Positions 12,894 to 30,418 of a stretch of 64,000 nt of DNA are shown here, one piece after another. The translations under genes and the position numbers were made by a program. The notes beneath the pieces were generated by a model. That model saw nothing but the letters and a program-made list of their open reading frames with translations, searched no databases and was not told the DNA's origin. Position 1 is the first letter of the stretch; the number at the start of each line of letters is the position of its first letter. The stretch is from the human T2T-CHM13v2.0 reference genome, Homo sapiens, in the NCBI RefSeq assembly GCF_009914755.1, contig NC_060936.1. The stretch is one strand, 5' to 3'.

Positions 12894-13657
12894 CTACAAA
12901 TATAAAAGAAAAAAAACTGTGTAATAACAATTTGGGTAAAATTTTAAATTTAGAAAAAATAATTCTACATTAAACTTAAAAGAAAGTGTTAAAAATCAAT
13001 GCTTTTAAAATTTTAACAACTATTATGACCACATTTAGATAATTTATGTTCACCACTAATATGTAACAATATATTAATTCTACCAGTTGCTGAATGGGAA
13101 ATTTTAACAATAATCAAGTCATGTCTTAATTCTTGGTGATTTCAATGTCCACACAGATGATCCTTCCAATAATAATGGTTTTCCGTTTCGTGACCTGTTT
13201 CTCAATGATTTTGGCCTCTACCCTACTTTAGCCATTGACTTACATACTCCCACCCTAGATTTTGTCATTACTAATAATTCTAACCACTACACAGTATTAG
13301 TAATGGTAAACTTTCTAAGAGATAGATACTCAGCATTCCCCTTTCATAGATGAGTAAACTGAGGCATAATCTGTCCATGGTTTCACAGCTACAATTGCTC
13401 AAACAAGAATTTGATCCAAAACAGTATTGTTGCTGGCATCCAGGCTCTAACCATTATACATACTGTTTCTCTGTCTATCCTAGTATTTAACCACTACTTC
13501 TTTACCATTCTAACTTACTCTTTTTAGTACTACAGCTCAATAATCTATCAGTGCCACAAATCCATCCTATCTATTTTACACTGTCATCCCTACCCCCAAT
13601 ATCCTCACTTGCAGGTAACACAAGTCTGGCCATTAAAAGTCAACAATGTTCTGACTA

Positions 13658-14270
<613 letters not shown>

Positions 14271-14801
14271 TACAATGATTGGTTCAAGAATGGGCAAATG
14301 ATCCAAACTCCCATCAGTCATATTTTCCCAGAGGAATTTTTTGCCAGAGCTATTGAGAAAGATTTTCTCAGTCCACTGGGGTTACTAAACTTGTAATAAG
14401 CCTAGGACTGTAAAAACTATCTTGCTTACTACATCAAGACACCTTACTAAGTACTGATGACAGAACCCAGATGACACTACATGAGCAACCCCCTCCCTGT
14501 TCCCATCTGGCTATGCCTGAAGCTAAACTGCCCCGACTTCTTTTACATAAACCAATGATCCTTCTTTTGTACTTTGACAAATTTCTGTCACTTGGAAATG
14601 CAGGAACCCCAAACAATATAAATGCCTTTTATGAGTATGGTATGTGCCTATACGTCTGTGGTTTACAGTTCAGTAGGTTTAAAACACATGGCCAGCAATG
14701 GTTAATGAAACCTGGCTCAGTTCCACTGGTCACAATAAAAGGCTAGGTTGTCCATTCCTACTTGAGACTTGGTTGATTATAAACCTAATCATGATACCAA
14801 C

Positions 14802-14901
14802 AAGTATTTTTTCTTCTTGTTCCTCAGCTTTCTGCATATCTAAATCCCACTGCTGAAACAAAGTCAGAAACTGCTGAGAATATTCTTGGTTAAGCTTCTG
14901 C
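14802..14901 (-). CDS. SYCP3: SYCP3 exon 6, (R)[11 protein letters not shown]...EEKIL
   Basis: TTTTACAG acceptor, GTTGGT donor; 100 nt; ORF 14730..14912. Confidence 0.95.
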
Positions 14902-15505
14902 CTGTAAAACATAATGATGAATTATTGTCATATTTCATACCAATATAAAAAGAATTTAAAACAAAACTGAGTTGACACAGTTATACTATATAAGAAAAGG
15001 AAATACCTGCAGCTTAAGTCTTCTGATGGGAAACCAAAAAGTAAAATTATGATTTACACTGATTCCAGAAGTATTTTTTTTCTAACAAACTAATAGAAGA
15101 AAAGCCCTGTCACAAGCTTTAGCTCTTGAAAACTAAGGAAGTTTTATTGTATATATAAATTTTCAAAAAGAAATTCATCTGATCTCTAAGCAGTTTATTT
15201 TTCATTTTTTTCCTATTGAATATAGATTCTGATATAACAAATACATTAAATAAGGTGATTGTATTTATCCTATAAGATTTCTAAATAGAAATAGTTCGCT
15301 TAATTTTTTTCCCTATTTTGGCTTAACAAAAGATTTTATACAAAAGAAGAGTTAAGTCAGCTAAAACATACAAATTATATACGATACAAGATTGGTGTTC
15401 TTCTACATTGTTGAACATAATTCACCATCATAAGACTAACGGTTTTTATGACATTTACCTTTTATTCAACTAGTGTATTTCTAGAATGAACATAAATTAC
15501 TTTTA

Positions 15506-15640
15506 GGCTGGGCATGGTGGTTCATGCCTATAATCCCAGCACTTGGGAGGCTGAGGTGAGAGGATCGCTTGAGCCTAGGAGTTCAAGACCAGCCTGGGCA
15601 ACATAATGAGACCCCCATCTCATAAAACAACAACAAAAAA
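15506..15640 (+). mobile_element. FLAM-like Alu monomer
   Basis: Single arm with short A-tail; AAATTACTTTTA flanking repeat. Confidence 0.85.
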
Positions 15641-15822
15641 CGAAATTACTTTTATAACCTCACTTGTTACCTAAAAGGAAAAAAGTGATCTTTATTGATT
15701 TTTTAGGAAATAATGTCAATTCTATGAAGGAGTGAGGTTATAGGGCTACAGGACTATCATACTTAGAGAAAAATCAAGCCAAATACATTTTCACTAGAAA
15801 CCCCAGTAACTAGAATAGTATT

Positions 15823-16072
15823 TTTCTTTTCTTGTTTTTTTTGACAGAGTCTCACTCTGTTGCCCAGGCTAGAGTGCAGTGTCACGACCTTGGCTCACTG
15901 TAACCTCTGCCTCCTAGGTTCAAGCGAGCACGCCTGGTTAATTTTTGTATTTTTAGTAGAGATGGAGTTTCACCATGTTGGCCAGGCTGGTCTCTAACTC
16001 CTGACCTCAAGTGATCTGCCTGCCTTGGCCTCCCAAAGTGCTGGGATTACTGGCATGAGCCACCGTGCCGAT
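15823..16072 (-). mobile_element. Alu with internal deletion in the right arm
   Basis: Antisense Alu lacking the TCTCCTGCCTCAGCC segment; TSD CTAGAATAGTATTTTTC. Confidence 0.88.
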
Positions 16073-16153
16073 CCTAGAATAGTATTTTTCATAAGTAATT
16101 TATACCAGTAAATACTAAGAAATGTGGCTCTAAAAAAAAAGCAACCACCTTAC

Positions 16154-16271
16154 CTTTGATCTTGTTGTGTTTTCCAAACATGTTCAATTTTCTGGTTACT
16201 AGTTTTGAGAGAAGCCTTGGTATACATTTCTAGTCTCTTTCTCTTGGCAAGAAGAGCCTTGTTAATGTCAA
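16154..16271 (-). CDS. SYCP3: SYCP3 exon 5, (V)[16 protein letters not shown]...KTQQDQ
   Basis: CTAG acceptor, GTAAGG donor; 118 nt. Confidence 0.95.
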
Positions 16272-16607
16272 CTAGATTGAAAATAAAAATTCATTAAAAT
16301 TTAATGTTGAAAAAAGTATTTTGTTCCCACATATTCAAGTAAATATGGGTAAGGTTGGTTCAACAATATTGGAAAGACATTTAAACTTAAATTTAGAAAT
16401 AGGCATAATTTCAAAATGCAGAATTGTTTGCTTACTTTTTTTTTCTGAGAAAACTCTCAGCTACTAGCACCCAAATTCTGATTTTCCTAACTGGAGATAA
16501 TTTTTTAACTTAGGAACAATAAAAAAGAGCTAATAAACAAAACAATGTGTCAAGGACAGACTTTAAATTTCCCCATGAGAAAACACTGTTAATAAAGGCT
16601 AAATGTA

Positions 16608-16904
<297 letters not shown>

Positions 16905-17043
16905 TTAAAAAGGCTAAATTTATCTAAATTTATAAAATACACCCCAATTAAAAGGACACATTTCAATGAATTATTGTTAGAACTCATTATAGAAAATATG
17001 TAAAAGTACTCTATTAGAAAGAATCCAAAAAGGATAAAAATAG

Positions 17044-17352
<309 letters not shown>

Positions 17353-17929
17353 TGAATAAGATCAGTTTTAAATGCTTTTGTGGAGCTCTTTATTGGGCAT
17401 TTTTACCCATAAGAACTGCATTTCATAAAATGTTTACTACTTCAAATAATGCTTTGCTAAACATAAGCCTTTATCTTATGGATCTACCATAAATAGGTAT
17501 CTTTCAGTAATCATGCTGTAGCTGCACTATTACATAAATATTTTATACTTTCAGTATTATCTATAATAAATTTATAAAACAAGCACTGTTTCACCACCGG
17601 ACAGAGCAAAGGTTTCAAAAAAGAGTTGACTGTATGAACAATCCATTTAGAGGAGCTAAATATTAACTCTTTTTTAAGATAACTAATCTCTAACAAAGCT
17701 CATATTATTGATACTTAATATATTATTTAAAACTTGAGAATTTTTGAACCTAATTATAAAACTCTATCTAGCAAAATTGTCTTTAGTATCAACTACATAG
17801 TTTATTAATGTAAAAAGAGTTATTTTAGAGGCTTAATTTACACTGTCCTCCCTAAAGAAAATAGCATAGGAAGTCAGAAAATAACTAAACTGAAAAAATG
17901 AAAAACTTATATACAAATATATGTATGTA

Positions 17930-17933
<4 letters not shown>

Positions 17934-17968
<35 letters not shown>
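17934..17968. repeat. (TG)n microsatellite
   Basis: Uninterrupted TG run. Confidence 0.95.
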
Positions 17969-17970
<2 letters not shown>

Positions 17971-18263
17971 CACTTAGTCTGTGAATACAAAGAAGGGTAA
18001 AGACTTTTCCTGTGCATTTTTCTTCTAAAATTCCATAGTCCATTAAATTCACATATGTATAAAATACCATTCACTCTTAACATCATGGAAAAGATTAACT
18101 ATGAAAATCTGTGATGCTAAATCACAAATACTTATGCAGAATCTTCTATGTGAGAACAAGGCATTAAATAACAGTCTTATAGTCCATTATTAACATTTGT
18201 TATTATACAAATTATATGGCTTAAAACAATTTTCTTTAAATACAAGTATCTCCTAAAACCTAC

Positions 18264-18298
18264 CTCCAACTCCTTCCAGCATATTCTGCACTTCACCC
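18264..18298 (-). CDS. SYCP3: SYCP3 exon 4 (35 nt), GEVQNMLEGVG
   Basis: CCAG acceptor, GTAGGT donor; phase matches neighbours. Confidence 0.94.
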
Positions 18299-18458
18299 CT
18301 GGAAAGAAATTACATTTTAAACACTTTAGAAGATCCACAACATACCATGCTTGTTTTGGAAGAAATACCAGATGCCAAGTATTTTACATATATTATTTGT
18401 TAGCAACTTTTCTTGAAGTGCTTTATCTAAGAAACAAAAATTATTTTGAACACGTTAC

Positions 18459-18525
18459 CCCATATCTTCAACTACTCCTGCAGAAGACCTTTTCTTCCTA
18501 CGTTTCTCAATGACTGCAGTCTTCC
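18459..18525 (-). CDS. SYCP3: SYCP3 exon 3, [21 protein letters not shown] (basic patch)
   Basis: Poly(T)...TACAG acceptor, GTAACG donor; 67 nt. Confidence 0.95.
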
Positions 18526-19029
18526 CTGTATTGACAATTAAAAAAAAAAAAAAAAAGCTTTTGAAACTGAATAGGTTATTTTGGTAAATTTTAATGAAAC
18601 ATCTTCATTTGGGGATTTTTAGGCTTTTTGCCAACATACAGTTTCAAAGCAGACATAAAAATGCAATATTCTCTGCAGGTTAGGTGAAATTAAATCAGGA
18701 TTCAGGACCATTTTATAGGAATAATTTTTCAAGTCTCCCTGGGTTAATGTCACAGTAAGCCACATACTATATATCAGATATTTTGGAAATAACTGCAAAA
18801 GCAAGAGTTGCCGAATAAGCTTCTGTAACTCCGATACTGCAATATAAGGATCAAATGAGAAACACAAGTACAGCTGGCCATCCGTGTCAGCAGGTTCTGT
18901 AACCACAAATACCGGGGGAGGGAAGACCATACCTGAAAATGCTTTACAAACTAAGTTGTACGATAGTCTCAATGGGTTCAAAACAAATGAACTGAAGGAC
19001 ATCACTGCCCAACATGAGATGTACTGCAC

Positions 19030-19162
19030 CTTCAATAACATCTTCCTCTGATCCACTCAGATCTTTCTTATCTTCAGTCTCAAAGTCATAGGCTCTCGTA
19101 AACTGATCTTCCACAGACGGCTTCCCAGATTTCCTGGAATACTTTTTTCCGGAGGACACCAT
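19030..19162 (-). CDS. SYCP3: SYCP3 first coding exon (2), [21 protein letters not shown]...DVIE
   Basis: ATG at 19162; GTGCAG donor; all coding exons sum to 711 nt (236 aa + stop). Confidence 0.96.
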
Positions 19163-19368
19163 ATTTAGATGCTTCCTGACTTTAAAAAACAAATTTCTTT
19201 AACCTTCTGAATGCAAAGACATCATTTTAATACACTGGTAAAAGTTTAAATATCAAAGGAGATATCGAACAAGGATTGTTGAATACAATTTTAACAGTTT
19301 CCTCATTTATTTGGGGGGCCAAAAGTTAAGAAGATAATGACATTTGTTAAAAAATAATAAAATAAATA

Positions 19369-19975
<607 letters not shown>

Positions 19976-20119
19976 ATGAGAGAGAATGACAGTGTCCACC
20001 CCGACTCCAAGCGCGCAGTGCTGGAGAGGTGGCCCCTGAGGCCTGGGAGTTCCAAATTTTGGGGCCGCCTCTGCCAGATTCTGGCTAAATCTGGGCAACT
20101 CTAGCAGGGCGCTCAGTCA

Positions 20120-20880
20120 CGCGGGGAAATTATAGTTGCTGGCGGGACACGACATGAGGATGCCAGAAATAAGCTCATAATAATCAAGACAAATAATAAA
20201 AACGTCCCGCAATTTAGGTCTCGGAAAATGAACACAGGCAGAAGATTTCGACAACAAATACATCGAGGAACCACGAAAGGCGCCCTCGGCGTGGAGCGGG
20301 CAGGAGGGAGACGCGCGGAGCGAGGTAGGGCCCTGCCCGGCCCCGCCGCGTCCCTCCTGTAAGTGGTCCCAGGGTGTAGCGATGGGGCCCAGCCCCAGCC
20401 CAGCCCGCCCGCTTTCCACTAGGCCCTATCCTGCTCAAGGCCCTGTCCTCAGGTTCGCGGCCTCCGTTTTCTCGTCAGAGGCCCCAGGCGACGCCAGGAG
20501 GTAAGATTTACCTCACTGGTCAAGGGCAGCCTCTGGCCTGGACACCTGCGATAGACAGACGCCTCCCCTGCTCACACCTGAAACACACCGCAATGGCCGA
20601 GGACCAGTTACTGGTCGTCGACAGGCGTCCTCCACAACTCCTCCACAAGCGCGCTTCACCTGAGGTGGCCCCTTCTCCGCGACGCTTCTGAGGCAAGCTG
20701 GGATTCGCACAGGAGAAAAGCCAGTCCCGCCTCATCCGGACACGTCGCTGATTGGCTGGACGCAGAGCGCAGGCGTGAACTGGATGGCGAGGCTCCGCCC
20801 CCATGGGGCGATTGCGCGCCCAAATAGCTGGCCCAGGGTGCTTTGGCCGCCGGAGCGGGTTGCGAGTACACTTGAGGCCT
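20120..20880 (-). promoter_or_regulatory. SYCP3: SYCP3 CpG-island promoter and non-coding exon 1
   Basis: GC/CpG-rich block; CCAAT (ATTGG at 20751), GC box near 20791; candidate minus-strand donors with G of GT at 20659, 20577 and 20511. Confidence 0.8.
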
Positions 20881-20927
20881 GGTGCCTTCCAGTTTTTAAG
20901 TTTTAAATGTTTATAATCGAAAATTGC

Positions 20928-21270
<343 letters not shown>

Positions 21271-21899
21271 CTAATTTATGAAGTAGGGCTTTACCAACAT
21301 TCACTGAATCTCCTCAGGCAGGCCTTTCCATCCGATCCTCACCAGGACCCCACCCTTCCCCATTCAGGGATATAAGAAAATTATCCTAAATTTATGTAAA
21401 TCATTCACCCTTCCTTATTTTCTAAGTTTTATTACCACATGAAAATGTGTCGTTAAACAACACGGCTTAGTTTCGTTCGCGTTTGGCATTACAAAAAATT
21501 GTCCCATAGTCTATGTAGTGTTCTGACAGTCCACTAGAATGGCAAAACTACAAAATATGACTACACGGAGTGATGATGAATCTATGTAACAAAGGGAACC
21601 CATTCAGTGGGTGGGAGTATAATTGTAAAACAATTATTTGGTGTAACTGGAAATCACCTATCAATTGCAAAACAATTTTTGAAGATACAATTTATGAAGG
21701 AAATGAAACTCACCTATAATCCCACTACCCAGAAATAATATACAGTTTAAAATTGGGGGTATTATTGCCTTTCATCCTTTTTTCTGTGCTTATATGTATT
21801 TTCCCCCAAATAATTTTAAAATATATTTCAACCTTTGTACCTGCCTTAGTTTGCTCACAGCTCTGCAATCCTTTTTCTATTTGAAATCATACATTTTAC

Positions 21900-22218
21900 T
21901 TTTTTTTTTTTTTTTTTTTTGAGACAGGGTTTTGCTCTCTTGCCAAGGCTGAAGTGCAGTGGCATGGCATGATCACGGCTCACTGCAGCCTTGATTTCCT
22001 GGGCCCAAATGATCCCCCTGTCTCTGCCTCCTGCGTAGCTGGGACTCATGCACGTGCCACCATGCCTGGCTAATTAAGAAAAAAAAAAAAAAAAAGTTTG
22101 CCGAGATGGGGTCTCACTATGTTGCCCAGGCTGTTCTCAAACTCCTAGGCTCAAATGATCCTCTCACCTCGGCCTTCCAAAGTGCTGGGATTACAGGCAT
22201 GAGCCAACTTGCCTGGCC
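21900..22218 (-). mobile_element. Alu (J-type)
   Basis: Poly(T) plus diverged antisense Alu. Confidence 0.88.
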
Positions 22219-22455
22219 TATATTTTACTTCTTTAATATTTGGCAAAGGCTTCAGGATCTTATTGACGCCAATCACTTTTCAACTGCCTAGTTCAAGTAA
22301 GAGATTCAAAGGAACCCTCCTGTTTACTGTTTTGCTTTGAATCCTCTTCCTTATGATGCTCAGCATTCCACTGGCTCGTTTAAATACACCAGTGTATTGG
22401 GTAAGGAATGACGGATGACGACTCCCAGACTTGTTCCTGTAATTCCATTCACTAC

Positions 22456-23630
<1,175 letters not shown>

Positions 23631-24499
23631 TTTTCCAATTGCTTTCAAGTATGGCAGCTTGCCTTCACCTTGAGTACCTAATCCAGGAACTTGGTCTTCC
23701 ACCTGCACCATCTCTAATCTGTGAAGCTGGAAGGTGATGTTTTGTAAGCCCAGCATCCCTCCCCTCCTTCCTTGGGTAAAAATCTCCATCCCTCTGGCTA
23801 CAGAGGTGGGCACAGAGCCCAGAATGAGCCAATCACAGTAACTCATCTCCCACCAGGATTTTCTATATTGAAGCCAGAGAGGAAACTTCCTGCCTCTCTG
23901 GAGTATGTGAGCCAGGAACTGCCATGTCCTCACCAAGGAGAGAAAAGCTGATGTGCATAGAGAAGCACAGATAGACAGTGCTGAGCAATGGTTCAGGAAG
24001 AGTATCTTCCTCCTGTACCCCTCTTTGTTTTTCCTTAAGAAGCTTGAGTTAGATTTGTCCCTTGCAATCCAAGTTTATTTAGTGGCTAAAAATTAATTTT
24101 GTAGAGACTTGGGTGGAAAAGCTGTCTCTTAACTTAATAGACCTGAGGTGAGGCACTAAACCTAGTTAGGCCCCAGTTCCCTCACTGATAAGTGGGGATA
24201 TGGTGTGGATGAAATGAGATTATGAACATAAAGCATTTAGCACATAGATTGTGTACAGTAAGATATAGCTGTTATTAGGGCAAGTGAGAGGAGAAAAGCA
24301 ATTAGACTGACAAGAAGCCCCCTTCACATCCCTTTAACCACCATGGCTCTGTACTCCTGTCACAAGGAAGCCTGGGATTTCCCTTAAAACATATCACAAA
24401 GAAAAACGGAGCATGAATAAATGTGGCAAAGTCTTGATAACTGTTGAGCAGATGAGAATTCATCTATTGGTCTTTTTAAAATTTTTTATGATCTTTTTT

Positions 24500-24830
24500 A
24501 AAGAAAGATCTGTTGAGATTATCATCCAGTTTCTTTTGGTCCTGCTGATGTGGTGAATTGATTTTCAAGTGTTGGGCCAAATTTGCATTCCTGGAGTAGG
24601 CCCCACTTGACTGTGAAGTGTTGTTCTTCTGGGAATAACTGAATTTGGCCTGTTAGTATTTTGTTTGGGATTCTTTTGCAGTAGACTGCCCATGGTTTTT
24701 GTCTTGTGGTATCTGAGCCAAGTTTTACTGTTGGGGTTGTGTTTCAAGGGATGAGTTGGATGATACTGTATTTTGCTTTTTTCTGCTCTCTGGAAGAATT
24801 TGTGTGGGACTGGTGCTGTTTCTTCCTTAG
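24500..24830 (-). mobile_element. Old L1 fragment
   Basis: T-rich, resembles antisense L1 ORF2 (TTGCATTCCTGG...CCCACTTG). Confidence 0.5.
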
Positions 24831-24935
24831 ATGTTTTGACGTAAGTAGTGATTACCCTTTAGTTTAAATGCTTAATCTGTTATTATTTGTATACTTCTTG
24901 GTATATGTAGAAATAATTTTCAAAATGAACACTTT

Positions 24936-25238
24936 TGCCAGGCACAGTGGCTCACACCTGTAATCCCAGCACCGTGGAAGGTCGAAGCAGGAGTATTGCT
25001 TGAGCCCAGGAGTTCAAGACAGCCTGGATAACAGTAAGACCCTGTCTCTACAAAAATATAAACAAAATTAGTCAGGTGTGGTGGAGCACATCTGTGGTCA
25101 CAGCTGCTCAGGAAGCTGAGGTGAGAGGACTGCTTGAGCCTGTGAGGTTGACGCTGCAGTCAGCTGAGATCACGCCACTGCTCTCCAGCCTGGGGCAACA
25201 GAGTGAGATCGTCTCAAAAGAAACAAACAAACAAAAAA
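24936..25238 (+). mobile_element. Alu (J-type)
   Basis: Diverged dimeric Alu; AACACTTTTG flanking repeat. Confidence 0.88.
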
Positions 25239-25871
25239 CACTTTTGAAGACATAAGGTAGGTTAAAAAAATCCTTTGTAATTAGAAAATGTGTCACTTTT
25301 TTAGCTAAGAGCAATATAATCATCTCACCCTAATGACTAGACTAGGAGCCTCACCTCTGGCCTGGACAACAGTCTTTAACACGAATTTTCATCATTACCA
25401 TCATCACCACTGACATTTAGCAGGCAGGACTATTTGCCAGGCACTGGGCTGCGTGTGTTGCACATGTCATTTCCTCTAATTATCACCATAAGCCTCTGTG
25501 GTAGCTACCAGTATTGCCTCCCACATTTTGGCAGAGAAAGCTAAATCACGGCAAGCAGTGTCCAGGATCCAGGACTTGAACTCCCGTAGTCTGACTGCAG
25601 AGTGTGCTCTTCACCCACATGTGCCACAGTCCTGGGGAGGCAGCATGGGCTGGTGGGGACAGGAAAGAGGGACAACCCGGGTTCCCACCCTACCTCTTCC
25701 TCTAACTGGTTGTAAGACCTTGAGCAAGTCATGTCATCCCCGTGGCCTTGGTGTCCTTGCCGATAAAAAGCAAGGGTTCGTCCAGACAGTTGTTTTGAAA
25801 CTCTGCCCGAAGGGCCTGGGAGCTGGAGGGAACACCTTGAGAATCAGGCAGGAGAAGCAGCCTTCCTTCTT

Positions 25872-26240
25872 TTGTATCACAGAATTTTTATCTGTCCAAA
25901 ATTCATGTTGAAACTTAACTGGCAATTTAAAAGTATTATGAGGTGGGGCTTTCAGAGGGTGATAAGTCATGGGAACAGAGCCCTCATCAATTCAATTAGA
26001 TGTCTTTATTAAAGGGCTTGACAGAGGCAGTTTGTGCCTTCTTGCCCTTCTGCTCTGTGAGGACACGGCATTCAAGAAGCCATCTTAAAAGCAGAAAGCA
26101 GCCCTCACCAGACAACTAAACCTGCTAGCCCCTTGATCTTGGACTCTCGGCCTCCAGAACTGTAAGAAAATGAATTTCTGTTCTTTGTAAATTACCCAGT
26201 CTGAGGTATTTTGTTACAGCAGCACAAAAAAACTAAAACA
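25872..26240 (+). mobile_element. MaLR LTR (MST/MLT1A-like)
   Basis: AAATTCATGTTGAAACTT...CTTGATCTTGGACT...CCTCCAGAACTGTAAGA...TATTTTGTTACAGCAGC. Confidence 0.75.
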
Positions 26241-26719
26241 CAGAGTGACCTTTTCTATAGGATTTGAACAAATGGTTCTGACCATCTGACTGCTCATCAA
26301 CTTCTGAGGTTCCTCTGTTCTAATGATTCTACTGAATCACAGAATCATTAGAATGAGTCTATGAATAGCCTATGATTGTATTATCCATCCCATTATCAAG
26401 CTCCTAATTAGGTATGGACTATATTCATCTAACCACAGAAATCGTCATTACAGACAAATGTTCATTTCTCTAACTTTTCTAGAATAAATCTCAGCTTTTA
26501 TAATGATACCCAGATATCCTAAATTTTACCATATGATAAATTCCATTTAGAAACTATTTTCCCCCCATAAAGCAACATTCTTCTGTATAATACTAATCTT
26601 TCCTTACTTTCCACTTAATTTTAGTAATGTTCAGCACAGAACCTGATACACAGTAAAGGCACTCAAGTGACTGCTGAATCTGAGTAACAGTAAACTCAAT
26701 CCTCAAAGATTTAAAAATC

Positions 26720-28390
<1,671 letters not shown>

Positions 28391-28468
28391 CTATACTCTG
28401 ATTCGATTGGGACTAGCTTCTTTGTGTATCCTCCTTCTGGGAAATATCTTCCGCTTAAGTGCAATTAA
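28391..28468 (-). CDS. GNPTAB: GNPTAB exon 21 coding part, LIALKRKIFPRRRIHKEASPNRIRV*
   Basis: TTTAG acceptor; known cytosolic C-tail with RIR motif. Confidence 0.96.
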   Translation of the reverse strand, partial: LIALKRKIFPRRRIHKEASPNRIRV

Positions 28469-29079
28469 CTAAATGATGAAAGACAGAAAATACATTTTAA
28501 TTCTCACGTTGATGAAAGAATATAAGTGCATCAAACTTTCTAAGAGCCATATGACCTTAATCATTTCCACAATCTTATACATTAAAAAGACAACAAACAA
28601 ATCTCCATCATTCCTCTTCCAAAACAAAAACAAATATTAGTTTTGTTTAGCTTTGTAGGGACAGTATGCCTAGATATGTGCCCACAAAGAGACCCAAGAG
28701 GATTAAAATTATTTCGGCCCATGCTTCATTTTTCTAAGACCTACAACTACAGATTTTTACACAGCTATTACCAAAGCATATTTATTTTCAAGATGTCCAT
28801 TTGTCAAGTCTTTCTATTGAAGGAAACTGGCTCTATTTAGCCATAAGACACTGTCTCTGGGTTGATATGATGGCTTATTCCTTCATCTGTAGGAGGAGGC
28901 AGGGCTTTGCCCAAACATAAGACACCACGGTTTGAATGATGAGCTGGAATTTGGGAGGGGAGGAAGAGGCAGCATTGGCTGCTTTGTTTGTGAAGGTGGC
29001 AGGTATGGCAGGAGGAAGGAGTTTGACTCCAGTAGAGAGCAGAGTGTTGGGATTTAACCTGCCCTTCCCTTCCCTCTTC

Positions 29080-29187
29080 CTGCCTCTCTAGTTCCCTATT
29101 CTCTACTGGTATAGATAGACTGGTATAGATAGAGGAAAGACTGCCTCTCTAGTTCCCTATTCTCTACTGGTATAGATAGAGGAAAGA
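29080..29187. repeat. Nested tandem duplication (47-bp unit x2, first copy with extra internal 14-bp duplication)
   Basis: Direct reading; copies are identical apart from the 14-bp insert. Confidence 0.95.
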
Positions 29188-30327
29188 CTGACACTCCTCT
29201 TCCTTTCCATTAATGGCTGCTCCTTTGAGTCAGGGCTCCTTTCCTTCCCCATCCTAGGTCAGCACAGCAGACTCAAAGGTTTCTCACTGGACCCTGTTCT
29301 AAAAGCAGGTACAGCCTTTCTGAGATTTTTCATAAGACTTTTACCTGCCAGGAACAATGGTAACAGACATCAAGAACAAGATGTACAATCCCTGGAAAGC
29401 AGATGAAGGTTAAGTTGCTGTCCTGTTCACCTGCCCAGTCTCTGTTTCCTGAATTTCCTTCCATTTACAGCAAGAAGCCCATTCATTTATCCTGAAGCTC
29501 TCAGTACTTAGGTGCTTGTCCTTCTTGGTATAAGTCAACTTGGTGTACGTTTCATTTGAGTGACAGCTAGAAAAGCTCCACTCAATAGTCACCTTGATTG
29601 GAGGCAGAGGCCAAGTCACTTGCCACACCCAAGTCAGGTTGGTAAAGATGCCCATTCCCCTCCTTCAATCCTTTTTCTTCAGAGTATTTGATATGTGAAT
29701 AGCCTAATGAGGACTCTCTTATCCCTTTCTCTTTACCTCACAAATCTCCCTCCGACTTCTGGACACTCACCTCAAGGAGGCTGCGTGTGTACATGCATGC
29801 AGAGGAAAGCCCAGGTGTAGAGGGGCTGACAAGGAGAGGAGGAAGGAGGAGAGAGGAGGGAGAACTCCTAGCGATTGAAAGAAAGATAAATGGGAGCTAC
29901 TGGTGTGAGTGGGACAACACAACGGAACCGTGGGATGTCTGAAGACACTGTGCTCACTCAAGGAAGCGTGAAAGAGAGGAAGAAAATTGGAGACCCATAG
30001 AAAATTAACATTAGATAAGGATTCTAGATGGTTTTTTGGTTATAAATACTTAGAGCTACTTGGTTTTAGCCTGATATCTACAAGTTAATCTGTTGAGTTC
30101 CAGATAAAAAGAATACTGGTAATGGATTTAGAAGAGAAATGAATAAAAGACTGTTATATTTGCTGCCTGAATATTGTGAAACATATTTAACATATTCACA
30201 TATGAGCTATAAGACAATAAGAGAAGTTAAAATTTTGATTGTAAATGTGTATCATTTTCTAAAACATTCAGATGCTAGTATACCAAGAAATACCATTTAA
30301 TACCCACATAAAATATATAAAACTTAC

Positions 30328-30418
30328 CTGCTCAGCAAAAAATGAGAATATAGTAAACATAATCAATGTTGCTAGTACACAATGGGTCCAAAACTTCAAT
30401 TTGTCTCGATAAGCCCTC
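30328..30418 (-). CDS. GNPTAB: GNPTAB exon 20, [30 protein letters not shown] (transmembrane segment 2)
   Basis: CAG / GTAAGT; 91 nt. Confidence 0.96.

Noticed and set aside
20117-20871. Overlapping ORFs in the CpG island
   Set aside because: Expected from low stop-codon frequency in GC-rich DNA; the SYCP3 ATG is in exon 2
29080-29187. CRISPR-like repeat array
   Set aside because: Only two adjacent copies, no unique spacers, and human intronic context
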